DNA from: Ruminococcus sp.
Lineage (GTDB): Bacteria; Bacillota; Clostridia; Oscillospirales; Ruminococcaceae
NCBI GenBank assembly: GCA_014799805.1
Contig: JAAVHJ010000033.1
Location: forward strand, 2,326-66,325
Length of the DNA: 64,000 bases
Direction: 5' to 3'
The notes under the pieces were generated by a model. That model was not told the origin of the DNA, ran no database searches, and saw only the letters and a list, made by a program, of their open reading frames with translations. A program made the translations under genes and the position numbers. The stretch's first letter is position 1. Each line of letters opens with the position of its first letter. This document shows, in pieces, positions 1 through 7,175 of this stretch.

Positions 1-882
1 GGTGAAAAAGGTTCAGGCAAAAAAACGCTTGCAAAATATTTTGCAATGACGGCTTTTTGTACAGAAGAACATGCCCCTTGTGGCACATGTCGGAATTGCA
101 AAAAAATTCTGCATAATATGCATCCTGATTTTATATTTGTAGAACATTCAGGCAAAAAACAAGGCTTTTCTGTAGATACAGTCAGAAAAATTTGTCATGA
201 TGCAATTGTTGCTCCCAATGATAATAATTTAAAAATTTATCTGTTTGCAGATTGTGATGCAATTGGTATTCCTGCACAGAACACACTGTTAAAACTTACA
301 GAAGAACCGCCAGAACATGTGATTTTATTATTCACAGCGGAACAAAAAACTATTTTTTTAGAAACCATGCTGTCACGTATGATGCAAATTGCTGTGAATC
401 CCTGTAGTCAGGAAGAGTGCAAAACAGCTTTATTAGCACAAGGCAAGAATATAGCAGATTCTGAAAAAGCTGTGAATGCTTGTGGCGGAAATATTGGAAA
501 GGCTTTGCATTGGCTGGAAGATAATACTATGCAGGAATTAACAAAACAAGTTGCTGATTTTACAAATGCGATTGCCAACAGAAAGCATTATGAAATATTA
601 AAAATTTTATATGCTTATGAAAAAGACAGACAGCAGGCATTAGAATTTTTAAAATTATTAAATTTGCAATTTCGTGACGCATTAATCATGAAATATCAAT
701 ATGAAAATAATTTTTTAATGGGCTGTGATAAAGCCAGTTCACAAGCATTATCTTCTGTATTAACAAGTAATCATGCAATACAATTACAAAATTTTGTCAG
801 AGATGCGTATCTTGCAATAGAATCTAATGTCAGTGTAAAATTAGCCTTGTCTGCTTTTGGAGGAAATTTGTTATTATTATAA
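1..882 (+). CDS. holB: DNA polymerase III subunit delta' (5' end outside window)
   Basis: The frame is open from base 1 (GEKGSGKKTLA Walker A). It has a CGTCRNC zinc module, LLKLTEEPP and an SRM sensor motif, and is followed by yaaT as in Bacillus. Confidence 0.85.
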   Translation, partial: GEKGSGKKTLAKYFAMTAFCTEEHAPCGTCRNCKKILHNMHPDFIFVEHSGKKQGFSVDTVRKICHDAIVAPNDNNLKIYLFADCDAIGIPAQNTLLKLTEEPPEHVILLFTAEQKTIFLETMLSRMMQIAVNPCSQEECKTALLAQGKNIADSEKAVNACGGNIGKALHWLEDNTMQELTKQVADFTNAIANRKHYEILKILYAYEKDRQQALEFLKLLNLQFRDALIMKYQYENNFLMGCDKASSQALSSVLTSNHAIQLQNFVRDAYLAIESNVSVKLALSAFGGNLLLL

Positions 883-911
883 TAAATTAATACTAGAAAG
901 GATTGAAATTT

Positions 912-1775
912 ATGATTGAAGTAGTAGGTGTTCGTTTTGAGAATTCTAATAAAATATATTATTTTGCACCCAATGATTTGGTACTTCCCTTAGGAACAAA
1001 AGTAATTGTAGAAACAACCAAAGGCATTGAATGGGGCATCATTGCGATTGCGAATAAAGAAATTGCAGATGATACTATCATAACGCCTTTAAAATCTATT
1101 ATACGCATTATGAATCAAGAGGATTTCAGAACATTAGAAGCAAATCAGCAAAAAGAAAAAAAAGCATTTGCTGTTTGTGAACAGAAAATCGCTTTACATG
1201 GTCTGAAAATGAAACTTGTTGATGTAAACTGTACATTTGATAATAGCAAATTATTATTTTATTTCACAGCAGATTCCCGTGTAGATTTTCGGGAATTAGT
1301 AAAAGATTTAGCTTCCGTGTTCAGAATGCGAATTGAATTGCGTCAGATTGGTGTGCGTGATGAAGCCAAAATGTTTGGTGGTTTTGGTGTTTGTGGTCGT
1401 GAATTTTGTTGCAGAGGATATTTAGGCGATTTTCAGCCTGTTTCTATTAAAATGGCAAAAGAACAGGGATTGTCTTTAAATCCGACTAAAATTTCTGGTA
1501 CTTGTGGAAGACTCATGTGTTGTTTGAAGCATGAGCAAGATGTATATGAAGAGTTACAAAAAATTACACCAAAAATTGGCTCACTTGTGAAAACATCACA
1601 AGGCAAAGGTCGTGTAGAAGATGCAAATTTAATTACTGGAAAACTTCGCATTCGTTCTGAAAAACAAGAAGATGTTTTATATACTGTTGACCGTTCTGAA
1701 GTGGAAGTACTTCGTGCGGGAAAAGTTCGCAATCATCTGACAAAAGAAGAAAAACAGTGCCAAAAACTAGAGTAA
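912..1775 (+). CDS. ricT: PSP1-domain protein YaaT/RicT
   Basis: MIEVVGVRF...YYF N-terminus and a Cys-rich GVCGREFCC...GTCGRLMCCL PSP1 C-terminal signature. The ATG at 912 is preceded by AGAAAGGA, and the gene lies downstream of holB. Confidence 0.85.
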   Translation: MIEVVGVRFENSNKIYYFAPNDLVLPLGTKVIVETTKGIEWGIIAIANKEIADDTIITPLKSIIRIMNQEDFRTLEANQQKEKKAFAVCEQKIALHGLKMKLVDVNCTFDNSKLLFYFTADSRVDFRELVKDLASVFRMRIELRQIGVRDEAKMFGGFGVCGREFCCRGYLGDFQPVSIKMAKEQGLSLNPTKISGTCGRLMCCLKHEQDVYEELQKITPKIGSLVKTSQGKGRVEDANLITGKLRIRSEKQEDVLYTVDRSEVEVLRAGKVRNHLTKEEKQCQKLE

Positions 1776-1853
1776 AAATAATTTTTTATTTGTTTAATAT
1801 GCAGAATATTTTCGTCAAAAATTAGTGATTTCTACGAAAACTATACAGAAACC

Positions 1854-1882
1854 TTGACAGATTTCGTAAAATATGCTATAAT
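1854..1882 (+). promoter_or_regulatory. Consensus sigma-A promoter (TTGACA, 17 nt, TGcTATAAT)
   Basis: Exact -35 TTGACA at 1854-1859, a 17-nt spacer, and an extended -10 TGcTATAAT ending at 1882. Confidence 0.5.
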
Positions 1883-1888
1883 TAATCT

Positions 1889-1948
1889 ATCATAAATCCT
1901 ACATCCTTATTATTTTTTAGGCGGTTCTTGTTGGGAACCGCTTTTTTT
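1889..1948 (+). ncRNA. Candidate roughly 60-nt small RNA (promoter to intrinsic terminator, no ORF)
   Basis: The consensus promoter is followed about 35 nt later by the GCGGTTC/GAACCGC hairpin and T7. There is no ATG or ORF. It contains pyrimidine CCU-type motifs (CCTACATCCTT). Confidence 0.3.
1921..1948 (+). terminator. Intrinsic terminator
   Basis: GCGGTTC-ttgttgg-GAACCGC followed by TTTTTTT. Confidence 0.7.
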
Positions 1949-1970
1949 ATTTAAAATATTTATATATTAT

Positions 1971-2621
1971 TTAATAATTTAATAATAAACTGTCAATTTC
2001 TTTCCAAATTTGCCCCGTTACAGCATATTCACCTGTGCCAATTGTAAAATGATATTCTACTGGTGTGAGATAGTCTAAATTTTTCATACATTGATTTAAA
2101 ATATGATACACTTGTTTGGCATAAACTTCTTCTAATTTATCTGCTTTTTCCTGCGTAGGCGCTTGTTCATATTTGGGTGTGAATTCATTTTCATAATAGG
2201 CTTTTATTTCAGGTTCTGATTTTTCCCAGAAATCAATTGGCGAAATAATCAAAGTTACTTGATAGGCGTCCCCTGATTTTATGACTTCACGGACAGTATA
2301 TTTTGTTTTTTTCAGAATTTCTTCTGCAAGTGTATCATATAACTGAATGGTATCTTGAGAAATCATATCAGATTTTACGCCATAATAAATTCTCATTCGT
2401 TCGCTCAAAGCACTTGATTCATTTTTAAATAAATCACTTGCTTCTGGAATGGTACAAATTGTCATATCATGATAAGCAGTATACTCATTATGATAACTTG
2501 CATCTAATACTGCATTTACATAGTCTTTATAAGTTGTGCCTGCAAAACCGCAACCTGTCAAATTTAAAATCCATAGCAAGCACATAAAAATTGCTGTTAT
2601 TCTTAATTTATTCTTTTTCAT
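1971..2621 (-). CDS. Putative lipoprotein, unknown function
   Basis: N-terminal signal peptide with lipobox LTGC. No recognisable catalytic motif. Confidence 0.6.
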   Translation of the reverse strand: MKKNKLRITAIFMCLLWILNLTGCGFAGTTYKDYVNAVLDASYHNEYTAYHDMTICTIPEASDLFKNESSALSERMRIYYGVKSDMISQDTIQLYDTLAEEILKKTKYTVREVIKSGDAYQVTLIISPIDFWEKSEPEIKAYYENEFTPKYEQAPTQEKADKLEEVYAKQVYHILNQCMKNLDYLTPVEYHFTIGTGEYAVTGQIWKEIDSLLLNY

Positions 2622-2647
2622 AATTATTCTTCCTGTTCTAAATTTTT

Positions 2648-3415
2648 TTAATAGGACGGATTTAACGGAATGGTATTGCCCTCCTGGTCATAAAAAATAA
2701 TATTATCTAAATACCAATCAGAAATATTTTGCATACCTGAACGTGTAATGATTACATTTACATTTTCTTGTGAACTATCCCAACGCATGCTTGATTCTGT
2801 AAATTTCAGTTCCACATGAGAGGAATCAGAAATATCTTCAAAATCATACCATTCATCATTGGCACAAACTGTTTTTCCACTAATAACAATATTAGATTCT
2901 GTATTTAAATTATCTTTTGACAGTGCATAGCTATCAAATCCAATCATAAAAACACTTTCTAATTGGTCTGGATTTAGCAATTTATCAACAGAAATACAAA
3001 TTTTCTGCACAGCATTTTCTAAATTCTCTGCATTTGTAGACAAATCTGTAAATTTCAACAGAAAATTTCCATCAATATTTTCAACAGAAAAATTTCCCTC
3101 TGCACAAGTAGCATCATCATTTACTATTTGCACAAAATCAAATTTTCCGTCATTAAATGTATGAGCATTAAAATCCGTTTCTGAAAAATCTATATGGATT
3201 GACTGTATTTCTTGTAATTCTTCTGTTTCTGGTTCTGTTTTTGATTCTGTTTCAATATCAGAATCATTATTTTCTGATGTTTCTATTATTTGATTATTAT
3301 TATTATTATTATTATCTAATTCTGGTTTTTGTTCTTGCTTGCAAGCTGTCAGGCATGTTAATATTACAATAACAGCTCCTAAATATATTTTTTTCAAATT
3401 ATCACTCCCATTCAA
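2648..3415 (-). CDS. Putative lipoprotein with poly-Asn and acidic linker, unknown function
   Basis: Signal peptide with lipobox LTAC, then an N7 run and an E/T-rich linker. Confidence 0.6.
   Translation of the reverse strand: MNGSDNLKKIYLGAVIVILTCLTACKQEQKPELDNNNNNNNQIIETSENNDSDIETESKTEPETEELQEIQSIHIDFSETDFNAHTFNDGKFDFVQIVNDDATCAEGNFSVENIDGNFLLKFTDLSTNAENLENAVQKICISVDKLLNPDQLESVFMIGFDSYALSKDNLNTESNIVISGKTVCANDEWYDFEDISDSSHVELKFTESSMRWDSSQENVNVIITRSGMQNISDWYLDNIIFYDQEGNTIPLNPSY
3293..3313. repeat. (ATT)7 trinucleotide repeat encoding the Asn7 run
   Basis: Seven perfect ATT units, in frame as AAT codons on the minus strand. Confidence 0.9.
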
Positions 3416-3441
3416 AAAATGCCCTCTGAAAAACAGAGGGC
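3414..3441 (-). terminator. Intrinsic terminator of the decarboxylase-like gene
   Basis: GCCCTCTG-5 nt-CAGAGGGC hairpin followed by a T-run on the minus strand. Confidence 0.7.
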
Positions 3442-3501
3442 TGTTACATTTTCATTATAACATATATTTTTTAAAAAATCTATTGTAATTCTGCACAAAT
3501 T

Positions 3502-4806
3502 TTATTCACGCATAACAGCAATTTTTTCTAAATGATAAAATTTCATGATTTCTAGCCAATCTTTCGTTAAATATTCTCCACTGACAACAATTGGAACAGC
3601 TGGCGGACAAGGTACTTGCACTGTGGCACAAATTCTGCCCTCTGCCTGTTCTAAATGAATCATTTCCCATGGTGCAAATGCACTTTCCCGCATAGAATAT
3701 ATTTGCTTTAGGGGCAAAGGCAATTCTGGAACGGATTCTGCTGGAATTACTTCACAATTCATACATGCAAATTCTAGTCTGGCAAAATCTTCTTCTGTCA
3801 TCATGGGGGATAATAATAAAACTAAACAAGTTTTATCGGCATATTCACATTCTATTTGATAATTTTTTCTGAGTATCTCTGACATGAGAATGCCATTTAC
3901 TTGTAAAGTCAAATGCATGGAATCATTGCCAATGAATAAATATTTTTTTGCAAGTTTCTGTTTTAATTTCTCAACACGTTCTGCACAAATCTGAATTTGT
4001 TCCTTGCCTTGTGTAGCAAGCCATTCTGTGCAGGTTTCCAGTGATTGCATGATTAAATAAGACGGACTTGTAGAACCGAACATTTGCATATGCTGTTTGA
4101 TTAAATTTAAATTATCTGGATTTTTCATATGCAAAAATGCCCCTCCTGTGAGTGCTGGCAAAGTTTTATGTGCCGAATCACAACACATGTCAGCACCTAA
4201 TGCGATTGGGTGCTGATTTTTTTTTAAAAATGCAAGATGTGTGCCGTGAGCATTGTCTACTAATAATTTTGCTTGATATTTCTTGCAAATTTTTGCTAAT
4301 CCTGCAATATCTTGTATATTTCCTAAATAATCGGGCGAAGTAAGATAAATACATGCTGGTTTTGTAATTTCCTGCAAGGCTTTTTCAAAATCCTGTAATA
4401 AATAATTGCCTCCAATAATTCCGCCAGATACAGGAAATACCCATTTCACAGGTAAATCTAGTAAAATACAGCTATTTAAAAAAGCTCTATGAACGGTTCT
4501 TGCTGCAATAATCATTCTATTTTCTAATTTCATTTGGGCAAGCATTGCCTGAATACAAAGCGTTGACCCTCCAGCACTCCAGCAAGTCGCAGGTACTTGA
4601 TAAATTTGAGCTGTTTCTTGTTCAGCATGTTTTAAAATGCCGTCTGCTTCAAATAAACTATCCGCACCTGAAATTTCAGTAATATCCCATGCATAGGCAG
4701 GAGATAATTTTTTGATTAAGCTTTTGCCTTTATGACCAGGCATATGCATTCTGAGCATATTGCTTTTTTCGTAATTTTCTAAAAAAATTGTTAATTTTTT
4801 CGACAT
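3502..4806 (-). CDS. Orn/Lys/Arg decarboxylase family PLP enzyme (YaaO-like)
   Basis: MHMPGHKG N-terminal motif and SAHKTLPALTGG PLP-lysine motif. I chose the start at MSKK (4806); the ORF track begins at 4836. Confidence 0.8.
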   Translation of the reverse strand: MSKKLTIFLENYEKSNMLRMHMPGHKGKSLIKKLSPAYAWDITEISGADSLFEADGILKHAEQETAQIYQVPATCWSAGGSTLCIQAMLAQMKLENRMIIAARTVHRAFLNSCILLDLPVKWVFPVSGGIIGGNYLLQDFEKALQEITKPACIYLTSPDYLGNIQDIAGLAKICKKYQAKLLVDNAHGTHLAFLKKNQHPIALGADMCCDSAHKTLPALTGGAFLHMKNPDNLNLIKQHMQMFGSTSPSYLIMQSLETCTEWLATQGKEQIQICAERVEKLKQKLAKKYLFIGNDSMHLTLQVNGILMSEILRKNYQIECEYADKTCLVLLLSPMMTEEDFARLEFACMNCEVIPAESVPELPLPLKQIYSMRESAFAPWEMIHLEQAEGRICATVQVPCPPAVPIVVSGEYLTKDWLEIMKFYHLEKIAVMRE

Positions 4807-4823
4807 TTTTAAACAATACCCCC

Positions 4824-4852
4824 TTGACAAATACAAAAAAATCCTGTAGAAT
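4824..4852 (+). promoter_or_regulatory. Sigma-A-type promoter for the 4906 operon
   Basis: TTGACA, 17 nt, TAGAAT. Confidence 0.45.
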
Positions 4853-4905
4853 AATATTAGAACATTTGTTCTTTTTAGTAAATTTAAAATTAAATTCAGA
4901 AAGGA

Positions 4906-5124
4906 TTGATTTTTTTGCAGGAATTAATTGCGAATTATGAAAATTGTAGATTATTATTACAAAGCAGAATTTATGAATTAAATAAATTACTTAGAAATAA
5001 TACGCTACAAACAATAGAAAGACAAGTACTCACAGCAAGGCGTGATATGTTGACCACAGAACGCACAGAATTATCAATGATGATTCTTGATATGAAAAAA
5101 CATCTTAAAAAGGAGGATAATTAA
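4906..5124 (+). CDS. Small coiled-coil protein, translationally coupled to the sigma-region-4 protein
   Basis: 72 aa, helical heptad-like sequence, with its stop 2 nt before the next ATG. The start is uncertain (TTG at 4906 or 4915). Confidence 0.45.
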   Translation: MIFLQELIANYENCRLLLQSRIYELNKLLRNNTLQTIERQVLTARRDMLTTERTELSMMILDMKKHLKKEDN

Positions 5125-5126
5125 TT

Positions 5127-5456
5127 ATGGCTCTGAAACGTGTTTCAGAATGTGCAATGGAATTTAATCAGTCTTTAATAAAAGACCTTACTGGAATGCC
5201 GTCTACAAATAAAAAGCAACTTGAAACAGCTAAAAAAGCATTACAAGAAGTGATTCAAAAAGATTTAACTTCCAGACAGCGTGAATTAATTTATTTATAT
5301 TATTATCAGCAATTAAATAATAGACAAATTGCAAATTACTTGCACCTGGATGAATCAACAATTTCCAGAACATTAAAACGTGCCAGAAATAAAATTTATA
5401 AATCTCTGCATATTTATTTTGATTATATTTATTTACGTCTGAACGAAGATTCCTGA
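5127..5456 (+). CDS. Small sigma-70 region-4-type HTH protein
   Basis: LTSRQRELIYLYYYQQLNNRQIANYLHLDESTISRTLKRARNKIYKSL resembles sigma region 4 / YlxM-like HTH. Confidence 0.6.
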   Translation: MALKRVSECAMEFNQSLIKDLTGMPSTNKKQLETAKKALQEVIQKDLTSRQRELIYLYYYQQLNNRQIANYLHLDESTISRTLKRARNKIYKSLHIYFDYIYLRLNEDS

Positions 5457-5480
5457 TAAAATTTTTATCACAAAAACAAA

Positions 5481-5501
5481 AGCTCTCTGTACCAGAGAGC
5501 T
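5481..5501. terminator. Bidirectional hairpin between the 5127 gene and the tRNA
   Basis: AGCTCTCTG-tac-CAGAGAGCT. It is T-rich on the minus side, downstream of the tRNA. Confidence 0.5.
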
Positions 5502-5507
5502 TCTATA

Positions 5508-5582
5508 TGGTTGGGATGGCGAGATTTGAACTCACGACTGACGGAGTCAAAGTCCGTTGCCTTACCGCTTGGCTACACCCCA
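5508..5582 (-). tRNA. tRNA-Gln (anticodon UUG) with encoded CCA
   Basis: The reverse complement folds as a cloverleaf: acceptor TGGGGTG/CATCCCA, anticodon stem ACGGA/TCCGT, loop CTTTGAC, T-arm GTGAGTTCAAATCTCGC, CCA end. Confidence 0.9.
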
Positions 5583-5784
5583 ATCTTGATTACAGGTATT
5601 ATTATAACATATTTTTTTGCGTTTGTCAAGCACTTAATCATAATTTTTTGCATAAATTATTATAAAAAATAAAATTTGCAGAATATCTGCATAAATAGTA
5701 AATAACTTGCGATACTAAAATTAAGAAAATACTTTAAAACAAGCAAGAAATCTAAAAATTCTAAAAAGGAGTTGTTATTTTTTT

Positions 5785-6132
5785 ATGATGTCCGTGAAAC
5801 GTGGAGAAATTTATTATGCAGATTTAAGTCCTGTCGTTGGTTCAGAACAGGGCGGAATCCGTCCCGTACTTATCGTACAAAATGATGTTGGCAATCGTCA
5901 TAGCCCAACGGTCATTGCTGCTGCGATTACAAGTAGATTAGATAAAGCAAAATTGCCAACGCATATTTCTTTAGAAGCCGAAAGCTGTGGCTTACAAAAA
6001 GATAGCATTGTATTATTAGAACAAATTCGTACAATTGATAAAAAGCGTTTAAAAGACAGAATGGGTTCTCTTGATACAAACTCTATGAATCGTGTGGACA
6101 ATGCACTTTCGATTAGTTTTGGCTTGCATTAA
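5785..6132 (+). CDS. mazF: MazF/EndoA (PemK family) endoribonuclease toxin
   Basis: Near-colinear with B. subtilis EndoA: [37 protein letters not shown]...[12 protein letters not shown]. Confidence 0.9.
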   Translation: MMSVKRGEIYYADLSPVVGSEQGGIRPVLIVQNDVGNRHSPTVIAAAITSRLDKAKLPTHISLEAESCGLQKDSIVLLEQIRTIDKKRLKDRMGSLDTNSMNRVDNALSISFGLH

Positions 6133-6135
6133 TAT

Positions 6136-6174
6136 TAAAAAATGCCCTTGCTATAATAAGCAGGGGCATTTTTT
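6136..6174. terminator. Bidirectional intrinsic terminator (copy 1 of a repeated hairpin)
   Basis: A-run, AATGCCCTTGCT-ataata-AGCAGGGGCATT, T-run. Confidence 0.7.
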
Positions 6175-6190
6175 GTAAAATTTTATTTTT

Positions 6191-6451
6191 TTACGCATCT
6201 TCTTCTAATTCTTTTAGTATTTCACCCAAAGAATCATATATTTTTTTGTTTGCATCTTTTTTTAGGGACTGAACAATTTCCCGAATTGCTAAAATTGGAT
6301 CAACATTTGATGTATCGTATTGAATCACATTTTGCATGTGTCTAACGATATTTCCCTTTACATTTTCGCCGTTCCTACTAACAATACTTTTATAAGCATT
6401 GTAAGTATCTCTGTCCATGACAAAAGAACAAGTCACTTTGTTTGCATTCAT
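6191..6451 (-). CDS. Ribbon-helix-helix (RelB/DinJ/CopG-like) antitoxin-like protein
   Basis: N-terminal beta strand plus two helices (VTCSFVMDRDTYNAYKSIVSRNGENVKGNIVRHMQNV) and an acidic C-terminal tail. It is convergent with mazF. Confidence 0.5.
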   Translation of the reverse strand: MNANKVTCSFVMDRDTYNAYKSIVSRNGENVKGNIVRHMQNVIQYDTSNVDPILAIREIVQSLKKDANKKIYDSLGEILKELEEDA

Positions 6452-6472
6452 AAAATCACCTCATTAAATTTT

Positions 6473-6537
6473 ACTTAGATTACTATGTGTACTAAGTTTA
6501 CTTAGTTTATTATAGCATATTTTTTTTTTGTTGTCAA
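6473..6537 (-). promoter_or_regulatory. Consensus promoter plus inverted-repeat operator of the RHH gene
   Basis: On the minus strand: TTGACA (6537-6532), 17 nt, TATAAT (6514-6509). The perfect inverted repeat CTAAGT-2 nt-ACTTAG (6492-6505) overlaps the predicted transcription start, and an extra ACTTAG half-site lies at 6473-6478. Confidence 0.55.
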
Positions 6538-6590
6538 TAGATTTTTGAGATATTTTCAAAAAAATTTTTTACTGCTTACGAATATTTCAC

Positions 6591-6619
6591 TTGACAAAGA
6601 CTATTATTTGCTATATAAT
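6591..6619 (+). promoter_or_regulatory. Sigma-A promoter for the 6656 gene
   Basis: TTGACA, 17 nt, TATAAT. Confidence 0.5.
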
Positions 6620-6655
6620 GGAACTGTAAGTAAAATAATATTTCAAGGAGGCTAA

Positions 6656-7045
6656 ATGATGGTAAATCTCAAGAAAAAAAATAAAAAATCTACAAAAGAA
6701 TATTTTATTGCAACTGGCGGTAAAGTGTTAGTACTTGTGAGTATTCTTGCAAATTTCACAGAAATTGCAACCTGGACAGAAAATTTTATTGAACGGCATT
6801 CTGAAAAAAATGCAACATCAGCAAATATTGTGGAACTAAAACAAGAACAAGCTGTAGATACAGGTATACAAGAAGAAAATGTTGCAGAAGTAGCTTATGT
6901 TACAAGTGATGTGATAGAGGAAGTTACTTTTGTAGAAGTTCCAGTCGAACCAGCTATCCCTGAGCATAATTGCGTGCAAGAAGTTACTATTGTAGATGAT
7001 GTAGCCGTTGTCGAAGATGTCGATGTGATAACATGTTATCATTAA
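6656..7045 (+). CDS. Small membrane-anchored protein with V/E-rich acidic tail, unknown function
   Basis: AAGGAGG RBS, one TM segment (VLVLVSILANF), and a repetitive VEEV/VDDV C-terminus. Confidence 0.5.
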   Translation: MMVNLKKKNKKSTKEYFIATGGKVLVLVSILANFTEIATWTENFIERHSEKNATSANIVELKQEQAVDTGIQEENVAEVAYVTSDVIEEVTFVEVPVEPAIPEHNCVQEVTIVDDVAVVEDVDVITCYH

Positions 7046-7053
7046 ATTAATAT

Positions 7054-7093
7054 AAAAAAATGCTCTTGCTGTAATAAGCAGGAGCATTTTTTT
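7054..7093. terminator. Bidirectional intrinsic terminator (copy 2 of the repeated hairpin)
   Basis: AATGCTCTTGCT-gtaata-AGCAGGAGCATT with flanking A and T runs. It is near-identical to 6136-6174, with a compensatory stem change. Confidence 0.7.
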
Positions 7094-7175
7094 ATAAATT
7101 ACAAAAATACTTGACAATTTTATAAAATTATGATAAAATTATAAATATAATTAATCTTGAAAGGAGTATTTGATT

